Assembly: GCA_001797845.1 (NCBI GenBank)
Contig: MGQN01000047.1
Span: forward strand, 1-50,748
Origin: Deltaproteobacteria bacterium RBG_16_44_11
GTDB lineage: Bacteria > Desulfobacterota > Syntrophia > Syntrophales > Smithellaceae
Direction of reading: 5' to 3'
DNA: 50,748 nt
How positions within the stretch are numbered: position 1 is the stretch's first letter; each line of letters starts with the position of its first letter. Position numbers and translations under genes: made by a program. Below are positions 1 through 8,219 of the stretch, in pieces. Below the pieces are notes generated by a model that saw only the letters and a list, made by a program, of their open reading frames with translations, did not search any database and was not told the origin of the DNA.

Positions 1-327
1 TATCTCTTATATTTTGTTCAAAACAATCCTATAAAAGACTTTTCAAATATTGTGTGCGAATCTTTATGGTCAGGAACACCTTTAATAACAGATAAGACGA
101 TGGTTATGGATGAATATACTGAATATACGGAAGTCTCAGCAGGGAATAAGCCCATTGTCTTAGATTTGGATGAGACCGAAACAGCCCAAATTGACATTAG
201 TAAAATTATAAGTAGTTGGCAGGGACCGTTTCGCTACAATAATAAGATAAAATATAATTTTTCAGACTATATTGATGCGAATTTAAAGATATATAGAGCT
301 GCATGTTTAGAAAAAAAGGCTTTGTAA
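1..327 (+). CDS. C-terminal ~108 aa of a hypothetical protein truncated by the left window edge
   Basis: Frame 1 is open from base 1 to TAA 325-327. The listed 52..327 ORF only starts at an internal GTG. No motif recognised. Confidence 0.4.
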   Translation, partial: YLLYFVQNNPIKDFSNIVCESLWSGTPLITDKTMVMDEYTEYTEVSAGNKPIVLDLDETETAQIDISKIISSWQGPFRYNNKIKYNFSDYIDANLKIYRAACLEKKAL

Positions 328-428
328 CCGGGGGCAAGTTTTTACTTAGGGAACAAAGGGTCTTTGCTTGACTCATTAGCAACCTCAGATACTAAAGTTT
401 AAATGGTAATCTTCAATTTATCTTTCAA

Positions 429-449
429 GTAGCATGTGCGGACTTGTAG
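429..449 (+). repeat. Direct repeat copy 1: GTAGCATGTGCGGACTTGTAG
   Basis: 20/21 identical and in the same orientation as 3150-3170. Confidence 0.85.
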
Positions 450-541
450 ATATTTTCAAGCACTCATTTCTTCCTGTACTCCACAAATCGTCAACCTCGA
501 CGAAAAGGCAGCACTTTAATCCGCAATAAACACAATTGAAG

Positions 542-633
542 TTCTTCGCAGCAAGCCGCAAAGAATCTTCGATTCATAAGGAATAACATCATTCAGTATT
601 CGCTCGCTTATTCCACAGCAAGCTATAGAGAAT
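542..633. repeat. Two degenerate REP-like imperfect palindromes sharing a CAGCAAGC centre (542-565 TTCTTCGCAGCAAGCCGCAAAGAA; 608-633 TTATTCCACAGCAAGCTATAGAGAAT)
   Basis: Each unit's arms are partly self-complementary around AAGC. The units align to each other at roughly 70 percent. They lie in a GC-richer stretch of a 496-nt non-coding gap that has stops in all frames. Confidence 0.4.
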
Positions 634-705
634 GCGCTCGCTATCGAATTCACGCTCGACGACTAACATCGGCACCACACCTTAGATTTTGTGATCAATA
701 TTTAA

Positions 706-734
706 TTGACATACAAGCCCGAAATTATTATAGT
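706..734 (+). promoter_or_regulatory. Sigma70-type promoter TTGACA-17 nt-TATAGT for the nuclease-NTPase gene
   Basis: TTGACA at 706-711, a 17-nt spacer, then TATAGT at 729-734, about 90 nt upstream of ATG 824. Confidence 0.5.
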
Positions 735-823
735 TCAAACATGATCAAGTAATGTCTTATCAAAAACCCTTTGTAAAACTCGCGACTTCTTCTTGCCGAA
801 ATTATTTGATGAAGAGAGAATAA

Positions 824-3133
824 ATGTCTAATTACGATTTCAAAACACTTTCGCCAATCGATTTTGAAATATTAGTTCGAGATCTTCTACAAGAAGAGCT
901 AAAGGTGCGATTGGAAAGCTTTAAATCAGGCCGCGATGGAGGAATAGATTTAAGGTATTGTCCAAACCAAGATAATACTTTGATTATTCAATGCAAGCAT
1001 TATGCAGAGTCTTCCTTTAAACTGTTACTCAGCAAAGTAAAGAAAGATGAGTTGGAAAAGGTAAAACAGCTCAAACCTAAGCGCTATATACTGGCAACTT
1101 CTATAGGACTAACTCCCAAACAAAAAGATGAACTTGTAAAAGTTCACATGCCTTATATCCATTCTCCTGGAGACATATTTGGTAAAGACGATTTAAATGG
1201 ACTGTTGACAAAATATCCTAAAATCGAAAGATATACTTTTAAGCTCTGGTTTTCTGGCGTTTCTGTTCTTGAGGAAATACTACATGGCAAGGTAAAGAAT
1301 GTTTCACGAGATGCCCTTGAAAAGATCCAACAGCATGCTAAGTATTATGTGCAAAATAAAAGTTATCCCGAAGCTCTTACGATTCTCGATAAATATAATT
1401 TCTGTATCATCGCAGGAATACCAGGTATCGGTAAAACGATACTAGCAGAAATGCTTTCTTTACATTATGTAAAGTTGGGATATGAAATTGTTAAAATTAA
1501 CGGCGATATATCAGAAGCAACAGCGCTTGATTATGTTAAACAAAAAAGGGTCATTTACTATGATGATTTTCTGGGACAGGCAGCTCTTTCTGAGAAGCTG
1601 AATAAAAACGAGGATCAAAAGCTCATAGATTTCATCCATGCCATATACAAATCTAAAGTGTCAAAACTTATTCTTACTACAAGAGAATATATCCTTCATC
1701 AAGCGCAAATGATTTATGAAAAACTTTCCCGAGAGAAATTTGATGCCGAGACGTGCATAATCGATTTAACAAAATATAATCGGCTTAATCGTGCACAAAT
1801 TCTTTATAATCACATTTATTTTTCTGACATACCCGTTGCTTTTAAAAACGCTATCCTTAATGGACGTCATTATCTCAAAATAATTGACCATCATAACTAC
1901 AATCCAAGGATAATCGATTTGATGACGCAATATCCACGTCTTCAATACATCCATCCCCATGATTATTTTAAATCCTTCATGTCAAATTTAGACAATCCAC
2001 TAGAAATATGGCGGCATGCTTTTGAGGAACAACTTTCAGATGGCTCACGAAGTGTTCTAATGGTAATGACAAGTATGCCTGAGCAAGTCTTTTTGGAAGA
2101 TTTACAGGAAGCTTTCTTAGCTTATCATTTAAAACAAGCTAAAGAGTATCAGTTCAAAACCTCACCCAATGACTTTTTACATGCTCTGAAAGAATTGGAA
2201 GGAAATTTCATCGTCACAGAAAAATCCAACGACAGAACAATTATACGACTTCATAATCCATCCATAAGAGACTTTCTTCGCGACTATCTAGCCTCCCATG
2301 AGCAGCTGTTGCGCGCCCTTTTTCGGACGGCTACATTTTTTGACCAACATATGGCTCTTTGGGAGTTTCGCGAAGAACAAAGTGCATCGCTAATATTCAG
2401 AAAAACATTGGTGAAGTATAATTCAGAATTTGTTCACGCTCTGTTTTCGAGTCTCAATTTTAGGATGTGTCGATTGAGAAATATTCAAGTTGGTAAAGGG
2501 AACATATATAAGGACATATGGGATATGACATTTGAAGCCAGAGCAACGCTGGTGGTTTCTGTTGCTTTCGAGCTTAAAAACGATTTGTCTATGAAGCTGC
2601 TTAAACAGGTGATAGATATTATTAATCAGAGAATGATTGATAAGCATGTGTATGACCGCGATGATCTTGTACGGTTTTTAAAAGAACTAAAAAAAGCAGA
2701 AAAGGTTTTATCTGTTTTAAGTTCTGCTTTTTTGGATCGAGTAAAGAACTATCTAACAGATGACATCGGTTCCCTCGATAGCATAGAGTGTTTTTGTGAC
2801 TTTAAAGGCCTTTTCCCAAAGGTTATTACTAAAGATGTTGTAGACAGCATGAAATATAAGTTCATTGACTATGCTGAGCAAGACGTATGGGATTCTCATT
2901 ATGAAGACCCGGATTACTACCGTGATGAGGCCTATAAAATAGAGAAATTGGCTAAGCAGTTCAAAGTAGACATGTCAGATACAATAAAAGCGCTGGAAAC
3001 TCATGCGAACGAACTAGAAGAAGAACAACAACCTGATGAGCCAGATGATCTTAAAGGCTATAGTTCGGGACGCGGTTCTGATTCGTGCAGCGATAGTGAT
3101 ATTGATTCTATTTTTAGTACGCTGAGGAAGTAA
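824..3133 (+). CDS. Mrr-type PD-(D/E)xK nuclease domain fused to a P-loop NTPase and a ~500-aa uncharacterised helical C-terminal region (candidate STAND-like defence protein)
   Basis: N-terminus FEILVRDLL...GRDGGID(42)...IIQ(56)CK(58)HY matches the Mrr catalytic pattern. Walker A is GIPGIGKT (aa 198-205) and Walker B-like is VIYYDD (aa 243-248). The tail is acidic and Ser/Asp-rich. Confidence 0.75.
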   Translation: MSNYDFKTLSPIDFEILVRDLLQEELKVRLESFKSGRDGGIDLRYCPNQDNTLIIQCKHYAESSFKLLLSKVKKDELEKVKQLKPKRYILATSIGLTPKQKDELVKVHMPYIHSPGDIFGKDDLNGLLTKYPKIERYTFKLWFSGVSVLEEILHGKVKNVSRDALEKIQQHAKYYVQNKSYPEALTILDKYNFCIIAGIPGIGKTILAEMLSLHYVKLGYEIVKINGDISEATALDYVKQKRVIYYDDFLGQAALSEKLNKNEDQKLIDFIHAIYKSKVSKLILTTREYILHQAQMIYEKLSREKFDAETCIIDLTKYNRLNRAQILYNHIYFSDIPVAFKNAILNGRHYLKIIDHHNYNPRIIDLMTQYPRLQYIHPHDYFKSFMSNLDNPLEIWRHAFEEQLSDGSRSVLMVMTSMPEQVFLEDLQEAFLAYHLKQAKEYQFKTSPNDFLHALKELEGNFIVTEKSNDRTIIRLHNPSIRDFLRDYLASHEQLLRALFRTATFFDQHMALWEFREEQSASLIFRKTLVKYNSEFVHALFSSLNFRMCRLRNIQVGKGNIYKDIWDMTFEARATLVVSVAFELKNDLSMKLLKQVIDIINQRMIDKHVYDRDDLVRFLKELKKAEKVLSVLSSAFLDRVKNYLTDDIGSLDSIECFCDFKGLFPKVITKDVVDSMKYKFIDYAEQDVWDSHYEDPDYYRDEAYKIEKLAKQFKVDMSDTIKALETHANELEEEQQPDEPDDLKGYSSGRGSDSCSDSDIDSIFSTLRK

Positions 3134-3149
3134 ATTCCAATTATTTTTG

Positions 3150-3170
3150 GTAGCATGTGCGGACTCGTAG
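3150..3170 (+). repeat. Direct repeat copy 2: GTAGCATGTGCGGACTCGTAG
   Basis: Begins 17 nt after the stop of the 824..3133 gene and is 20/21 identical to 429-449. Confidence 0.85.
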
Positions 3171-3236
3171 GTGACAACGAGAATCAAGGCAAGACATAAC
3201 TGGACACTGTGGGGTCGTTGAAAAACCCTATGTTTG

Positions 3237-3361
3237 GGGGCTGTTCAAAAATGTTCAGATGCAAGGCGCGTAAAAAACCGAACCGCGAGGCGTATATGGA
3301 TATACGTTGAGCGGTGCGGCTTGCAGTGCAACACAGCAAATGAGCGTTTTTCAACAGCCTC
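3237..3361. other. Long GC-richer imperfect hairpin / inverted repeat (~125 nt) between convergent gene ends
   Basis: Arm 3239-3262 pairs with 3336-3359 (19 Watson-Crick + 2 GU of 24). Inner pairing is CCGAACCGC (3278-3286) with GCGGTGCGG (3311-3319). The apex is CGTATAT-GG-ATATACG (3291-3306). Confidence 0.6.
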
Positions 3362-3368
3362 TTGGTAT

Positions 3369-4196
3369 TTACTTTTGATCTTTAATCACTACTTTAATTT
3401 CAAAAATCTGCGGCCAGAGTTTCCCGGTAACAAAAATCCTGTCCCGGTTATGATCATAGGCTATTCCATTCAACACATCTATATTTTTATGTTGGGGAAT
3501 TAAGGAATACAGAAGGCTTAAATCTACCCACCCTAAAACTTTGCCTGTCACCGGAGAAATACGCACAATCAGGTCTTTTTGGAAAATGTTTGCCCAAATT
3601 TCTCCTTTAATAAATTCCAACTCATTGAGATTGCCGATTTGTTGTTGTCCGTCGTGAACAATAATTTTTCGATGAACGGTAAAAGTCAGCGGGTCAATAC
3701 AGGAAATAACCGCTGATCCATCGCTCATAAACAGGTATTGGCCGTCTGTTGTTATCCCCCAGCCTTCCCCCTCATATGAAAATGTGCTCACTTTCTTGAA
3801 TTCTTTCAGACTGTAAACAAAGCCGGTTTTATTTTGCCATGTAAGCTGATAAATATTATTGCCGAGAATAGTTATTCCTTCACCAAAATATTCCTGCGCC
3901 AAATTAATTATCTTTATAATTTTTCCTGTTTTAATATCCACCTTTCTCAAAGACGATTTTCCGTTGCGACCGGTGGATTCATATAAATATCCTTGGTGAT
4001 AAACAAGGCCTTGTGTAAAGGCATCAGGATCATGAGGGAAGATGTTAATGACTTTTATATCTGATATGGGTGCTTTTGTTTTCCCTTGAAGAGCGTAGGA
4101 TTGCCATTGCCGAACTTCATCAGCGGTCAGGGCTGATCCAAGACAAAAGAAAAATACGGGTAATAACAAAATAATTCGTACAGAATTCATACGCAT
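3369..4196 (-). CDS. Glutaminyl-peptide cyclotransferase (bacterial/plant beta-propeller type), secreted
   Basis: N-terminal signal peptide, and family-typical segments FTQGLVYHQGYLYESTG, EYFGEGITI, GEGWGITTDG and NELEFIKGEIWANI. Confidence 0.85.
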   Translation of the reverse strand: MRMNSVRIILLLPVFFFCLGSALTADEVRQWQSYALQGKTKAPISDIKVINIFPHDPDAFTQGLVYHQGYLYESTGRNGKSSLRKVDIKTGKIIKIINLAQEYFGEGITILGNNIYQLTWQNKTGFVYSLKEFKKVSTFSYEGEGWGITTDGQYLFMSDGSAVISCIDPLTFTVHRKIIVHDGQQQIGNLNELEFIKGEIWANIFQKDLIVRISPVTGKVLGWVDLSLLYSLIPQHKNIDVLNGIAYDHNRDRIFVTGKLWPQIFEIKVVIKDQK

Positions 4197-5221
4197 CAGC
4201 CGTCAAAACCGATTTGCCGGGCATATTCAAATTGCCTTCCCCAGGGAATATTCCGGTGCGCTTGATTAATACAATCAGCGCCTACCAATTTAATTGATTC
4301 GGCATCGGCCGTAACCGGATGATAAGCTCCGATAAAACCTTTATCCTCAGCAATGGAGCGATGATTTCCCGGCAAACAATCGCACTCGGCTACAATATTA
4401 AGCAATGCATTGATAATAACGGTTTTATTTTTAATTATTTTCCAAACCGCAGCAGCCGTCTCCACAAGCTTTTCCTGAAATATTTTAATATCGGTTTCCC
4501 AAATTATTTTGAGCGCCGTTTCCGGACACATGGCAATGCACTGCGCGCATCCGATACACTTATCCAAATCATAAGAAGGATATTCATTTTCTTCCATGGT
4601 CGCGGCACCGGTAGGACAAACCGCTACACATTCGCCGCATTGAACACATTTAGCCTCGAGGAGGCTTGGTTTGGCGTCGGCATGCATACGTTGTTTCTGC
4701 GCCCGGGATGCAAAGCCCATGGAAATATTTTTTATCGCACCACCAAATCCGGTTTCCATATGACCCTTGAAATGGGAGAAAATAATAAAGCCATCGGCCT
4801 GATGAACGATTTTGCCCACCTGAACTTTCTCAAAATTTTTAAAACCAGCGGGTAAATCAACAACACTTTTACCATCAAGGCCATCGCCTATTTTTACGGG
4901 ACAGCCTAAATAATCCTGGCTATAGTTATGCGTTTCTGCGGTTTTTAATGATTGTTTCCCATCACGTCTTCCGCCGGAGTAAAGAACCGTATTGTCAAAA
5001 ACAAAGGGATTGAAATTATTTTCTTTCAACCATCGGACAATTTCTCTGGCGTATATCGGCGGTAAGAAATTTTTATTGCCGATTTCTCCCCAGTGTAATT
5101 TGATACCGATAGAATCATTTTTTTTAAAAGGCACTTGAATCCATTGCAGAATGGTATTTAAAGCCTTCAGCCTTGATTTTTCCGTCGATAAACAGTTTTC
5201 GTATAATATAGGTTTGTTCAT
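4196..5221 (-). CDS. DUF362-family protein with inserted 2x[4Fe-4S] ferredoxin-type motifs
   Basis: CVQCGECVAVCP and CIGCAQCIAMCP cluster motifs inside a DUF362-like scaffold. Its stop overlaps the downstream start by 1 nt (TGATG). Confidence 0.7.
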   Translation of the reverse strand: MNKPILYENCLSTEKSRLKALNTILQWIQVPFKKNDSIGIKLHWGEIGNKNFLPPIYAREIVRWLKENNFNPFVFDNTVLYSGGRRDGKQSLKTAETHNYSQDYLGCPVKIGDGLDGKSVVDLPAGFKNFEKVQVGKIVHQADGFIIFSHFKGHMETGFGGAIKNISMGFASRAQKQRMHADAKPSLLEAKCVQCGECVAVCPTGAATMEENEYPSYDLDKCIGCAQCIAMCPETALKIIWETDIKIFQEKLVETAAAVWKIIKNKTVIINALLNIVAECDCLPGNHRSIAEDKGFIGAYHPVTADAESIKLVGADCINQAHRNIPWGRQFEYARQIGFDG

Positions 5222-5268
5222 GAATTGTTATAAACCAATAATGTTTCTTCCTTAATTACCACTAATTA

Positions 5269-5958
5269 TCAATTTTCAAACAATGCTTTTTTCGGACGAG
5301 CATCTGCCGGACGCAGATAGACAGGAGTTAATGTTTCTGTATTTAGCAAATCTTTCCGATGAAATTTCCTAATACCTAAAATACCAACAGATGAAGCCTT
5401 GATATATTTTGGCAGTTTCGGATCAATTATTATTTTTTTATTTTTGCATATAATATCAGCATAGTTAATGGCTCCGTCACCAACTAAATCTATTTCTTCA
5501 TCGATATCTAATAATACATTTTTCGGTTGAACGGCCCTTTCCACACCAATCTGCTCTAAATATTCATTTTTATCATACCGGTAAAAAGCAGCGTATACCT
5601 GCCCTCTTCCGGCATCCATCATGGAACATATTAATTTTGAAGTTTTGCCGGCGTTTAATGCCAGTGCCGCCAATGAAGAAATTCCGGCGGCAGGTTTACC
5701 GGTTGCCAGGATCAGTCCCTTGAGAGTGCTGACGCCAATGCGCACTCCGGTAAAGGAACCAGGCCCTATTGTGCAAGCAAATAAATCAATATCGTTTATT
5801 TTCAAGCTCTCGCGCCTTAGCGCCTGGTCAATTGCCGGCAAAATGACTTCCGAGTGATTTAAACCTGTATTGACGATGGTATCATAAAGTATCTCTTTAT
5901 CTTTCAACAGCGCCACAGCCGCGGTTTTAGAAGTAGTGTCAAAAGCCAGGGTCAACAT
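5269..5958 (-). CDS. tsaB: tRNA threonylcarbamoyladenosine biosynthesis protein TsaB (YeaZ)
   Basis: MLTLAFDTTSKTAAVALL N-terminus and GPGSFTGVRIG motif. Confidence 0.88.
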   Translation of the reverse strand: MLTLAFDTTSKTAAVALLKDKEILYDTIVNTGLNHSEVILPAIDQALRRESLKINDIDLFACTIGPGSFTGVRIGVSTLKGLILATGKPAAGISSLAALALNAGKTSKLICSMMDAGRGQVYAAFYRYDKNEYLEQIGVERAVQPKNVLLDIDEEIDLVGDGAINYADIICKNKKIIIDPKLPKYIKASSVGILGIRKFHRKDLLNTETLTPVYLRPADARPKKALFEN

Positions 5959-5961
5959 AAT

Positions 5962-7059
5962 TTATTTAAAGTATTTCACAATTTCATTAACGAATTTGAA
6001 ATTCATCCTTTCAATATCAACCATAATAACAAATATCATCAACATTATTAAAAACACAAAGCCAATTTGCTGGAATATTCCCTGCCATTTTTGGCTTAGC
6101 GGTTTACGACGAATAAGCTCAATGATGCTGAACATTATATGGCCGCCATCAAGAATCGGTATGGGGAAAAGATTAATGATAGCTAAGTTCACAGAAAGCA
6201 GCGCCATCAAAAAAAGAAAGGGAACAATTCCTTCTTTGGCGACAGCTCCAGCGGCCTGAGCAATAAATATAGGCCCACCCAGGTTTCTCGGTGAAACATC
6301 TCCTTTCAGCATTTTTACAAAGACCACTATCGTAAGCTTACTAAATTGCCAGGTTTTTTGTAACCCCGTTATTGACGCTTCCCAAAGATTTCTTTTTTCA
6401 ATTATAACGTTGTCCGACGGACTTATTCCGATAAGATAAGCGGATACTTCTTCTCCAAGAATATTTTTAGTTTTTGATAATCTCGGTTTAATAATTATTT
6501 GCTTTATCTTTCCACCCCTATCCACAGCTATTTCAAGTTCCTTGCCTTGGCTATCGGTTATTAATGGTTTTATATCATCCCAATAAACAATTTTATGGCC
6601 ATCGATGGAAACGATTTTATCCCCGTGGACAATTCCTGCTTGATAAGAGGCCGAATCTTTTTGTACTTCGCCAACTATATTACTAAGCGTCGGAACGCCA
6701 TAAATATAGACAAATACGAAGATTAATACCGCTAACAAAAAATTAAAAAAAGGTCCGGCAAAAATAATCATTATTCTTTTCCAAACCGGTTGCTTGGAAA
6801 AAGACTTTTTCTCGTCTTCCTCCGACAGCTTTTCATTTTCCGCTTCACCCAGAAGCTTGACGTAACCGCCCAGGGGAATCAAAGAAAGAACGTATTCTGT
6901 TTTGCCTATTTTCTTTCCGATTATTTTTGGACCGAATCCCAGAGAGAATTTTTGCACACCGACTCCGGAAAAACGCGCCACGAGAAAATGACCTAGTTCA
7001 TGGAAAAAAATCAATACTCCCAACAAAATTATAACGGAAATAATGGATATTCCTATCAA
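5962..7059 (-). CDS. rseP: RIP metalloprotease RseP (site-2 protease, PDZ-containing)
   Basis: HELGHF zinc motif in the first TM helix, a PDZ region, and a C-terminal NLFPIPILDGG motif. Start placed at TTG 7059, preceded by AAGGAAAA and overlapping the dxr stop. The listed ORF extends to another TTG at 7104. Confidence 0.88.
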   Translation of the reverse strand: MIGISIISVIILLGVLIFFHELGHFLVARFSGVGVQKFSLGFGPKIIGKKIGKTEYVLSLIPLGGYVKLLGEAENEKLSEEDEKKSFSKQPVWKRIMIIFAGPFFNFLLAVLIFVFVYIYGVPTLSNIVGEVQKDSASYQAGIVHGDKIVSIDGHKIVYWDDIKPLITDSQGKELEIAVDRGGKIKQIIIKPRLSKTKNILGEEVSAYLIGISPSDNVIIEKRNLWEASITGLQKTWQFSKLTIVVFVKMLKGDVSPRNLGGPIFIAQAAGAVAKEGIVPFLFLMALLSVNLAIINLFPIPILDGGHIMFSIIELIRRKPLSQKWQGIFQQIGFVFLIMLMIFVIMVDIERMNFKFVNEIVKYFK

Positions 7060-8219
7060 GATATTTTCCTTTCTATGTTTTGACTTGCTTGAATTCTCGC
7101 CCAATGATCAGCTTGAAGAATTTCTTCTAAAGAAGGATTTTCTACCGAATCATGTAAAGCAAGAACCTTTTCAATTATGTTTGGTAAATCAGTAAATTTA
7201 ATTTTACCGTTTATATAAGCTTCCACGGCAACTTCATTTGCTGCATTTAAAACAGCAGGATTAGTTCCTCCGGATATACCTGCATTATAAGCAAGAGCAA
7301 GGCAGGGAAACTTCTTTATATCCGGCTTATAAAATTCTAAATTCCCCGTTTCCAAAAGATTTAGAGGCGGCAAATCATTGGTTATCCTTTCCGGATAAGT
7401 TAAAGCATAAGCAATAGGTATTCTCATATCAGGAATTCCCATTTGCGCCAAGATACTTCCATCAATAAACTCAACCATGGAATGTACGATGCTTTGCGGA
7501 TGAATTAATACGTCGATATTATTATATTCCAGGTTAAACAACCATCTTGCTTCGATTACTTCCAGTCCCTTATTCATAAGAGAAGCGGAATCAACTGTTA
7601 CTTTCTTTCCCATCTTCCATTTGGGATGCCGCAATGCTTGATTAGGCTTAACTTCTTTTAACTCCTTTTTTGTAAAATTAACAAATGGACCGCCGGAAGC
7701 CGTTAATATTATCCTGGATAAGTTATTTCTTTTTTGACCCTCTAAACATTGAAATATGGCGCTGTGCTCGCTATCAATAGGCAATATTTTTATCCCCATT
7801 TGTTTTGCCTGTTTTGTCACTATTTCCCCGGCGATAACCATTGTTTCTTTATTTGCCAGGGCAACGTCTTTGCCCGCTTCAATTGCCGCTAAAGTCGGTA
7901 TCAGGCCCGCGGCTCCAGAGATGGCGGAAATTACCATGTCTGCCGGGGCACACGAAGCGACTTCTTTCAATCCTTCTTCTCCATAGAGTATTTTAATATT
8001 ATTTTTAACCGTTAAAATTTCGCCTAATTTAAGAGCCTTCTCCTTATTTTTTAAAGCAACCACCCGCGGATGAAATTTTTCTATTTGTTTTTTTATTAAA
8101 CTTACATTTTGACCCGCAGCCAGCGCCACAACCTCAAAACGCTTTGGATTTTTTTCAATAATATCCAATGCACTGATTCCAATTGACCCTGTTGAACCTA
8201 AAATCGCTATTTTTTTCAT
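7056..8219 (-). CDS. dxr: 1-deoxy-D-xylulose 5-phosphate reductoisomerase
   Basis: ILGSTGSIG NADPH loop and full-length Dxr similarity. Confidence 0.95.
   Translation of the reverse strand: MKKIAILGSTGSIGISALDIIEKNPKRFEVVALAAGQNVSLIKKQIEKFHPRVVALKNKEKALKLGEILTVKNNIKILYGEEGLKEVASCAPADMVISAISGAAGLIPTLAAIEAGKDVALANKETMVIAGEIVTKQAKQMGIKILPIDSEHSAIFQCLEGQKRNNLSRIILTASGGPFVNFTKKELKEVKPNQALRHPKWKMGKKVTVDSASLMNKGLEVIEARWLFNLEYNNIDVLIHPQSIVHSMVEFIDGSILAQMGIPDMRIPIAYALTYPERITNDLPPLNLLETGNLEFYKPDIKKFPCLALAYNAGISGGTNPAVLNAANEVAVEAYINGKIKFTDLPNIIEKVLALHDSVENPSLEEILQADHWARIQASQNIERKIS

Noticed and set aside
480-700. Degenerate CRISPR array or orphan repeats
   Set aside because: There are only two related units, about 70 percent similar, of unequal length and irregular spacing, and no cas genes.
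3237-3361. Integron attC site, given an imperfect inverted repeat of attC-like length directly after a cassette-like gene
   Set aside because: The outer arms read 5'-GTTCAAA…TTTCAAC-3'. That is the wrong order and a poor fit to R'' RYYYAAC … R' GTTRRRY, and no intI integrase or attI is in the window.
3234-3503. 89-aa plus-strand ORF
   Set aside because: It runs through the long hairpin and then overlaps the 3' end of the glutaminyl cyclase gene on the opposite strand. Its composition is Arg/Cys-rich and non-protein-like.
4319-4855. Long antisense or overlapping ORFs. This 178-aa one is an example; others are 13164..13637, 23839..24246, 24809..25216, 35653..36009, 38164..38586, 46811..47110 and 48299..48673.
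   Set aside because: All lie wholly inside strongly supported genes on the opposite strand or in another frame. They have biased low-complexity composition and are typical shadow ORFs.
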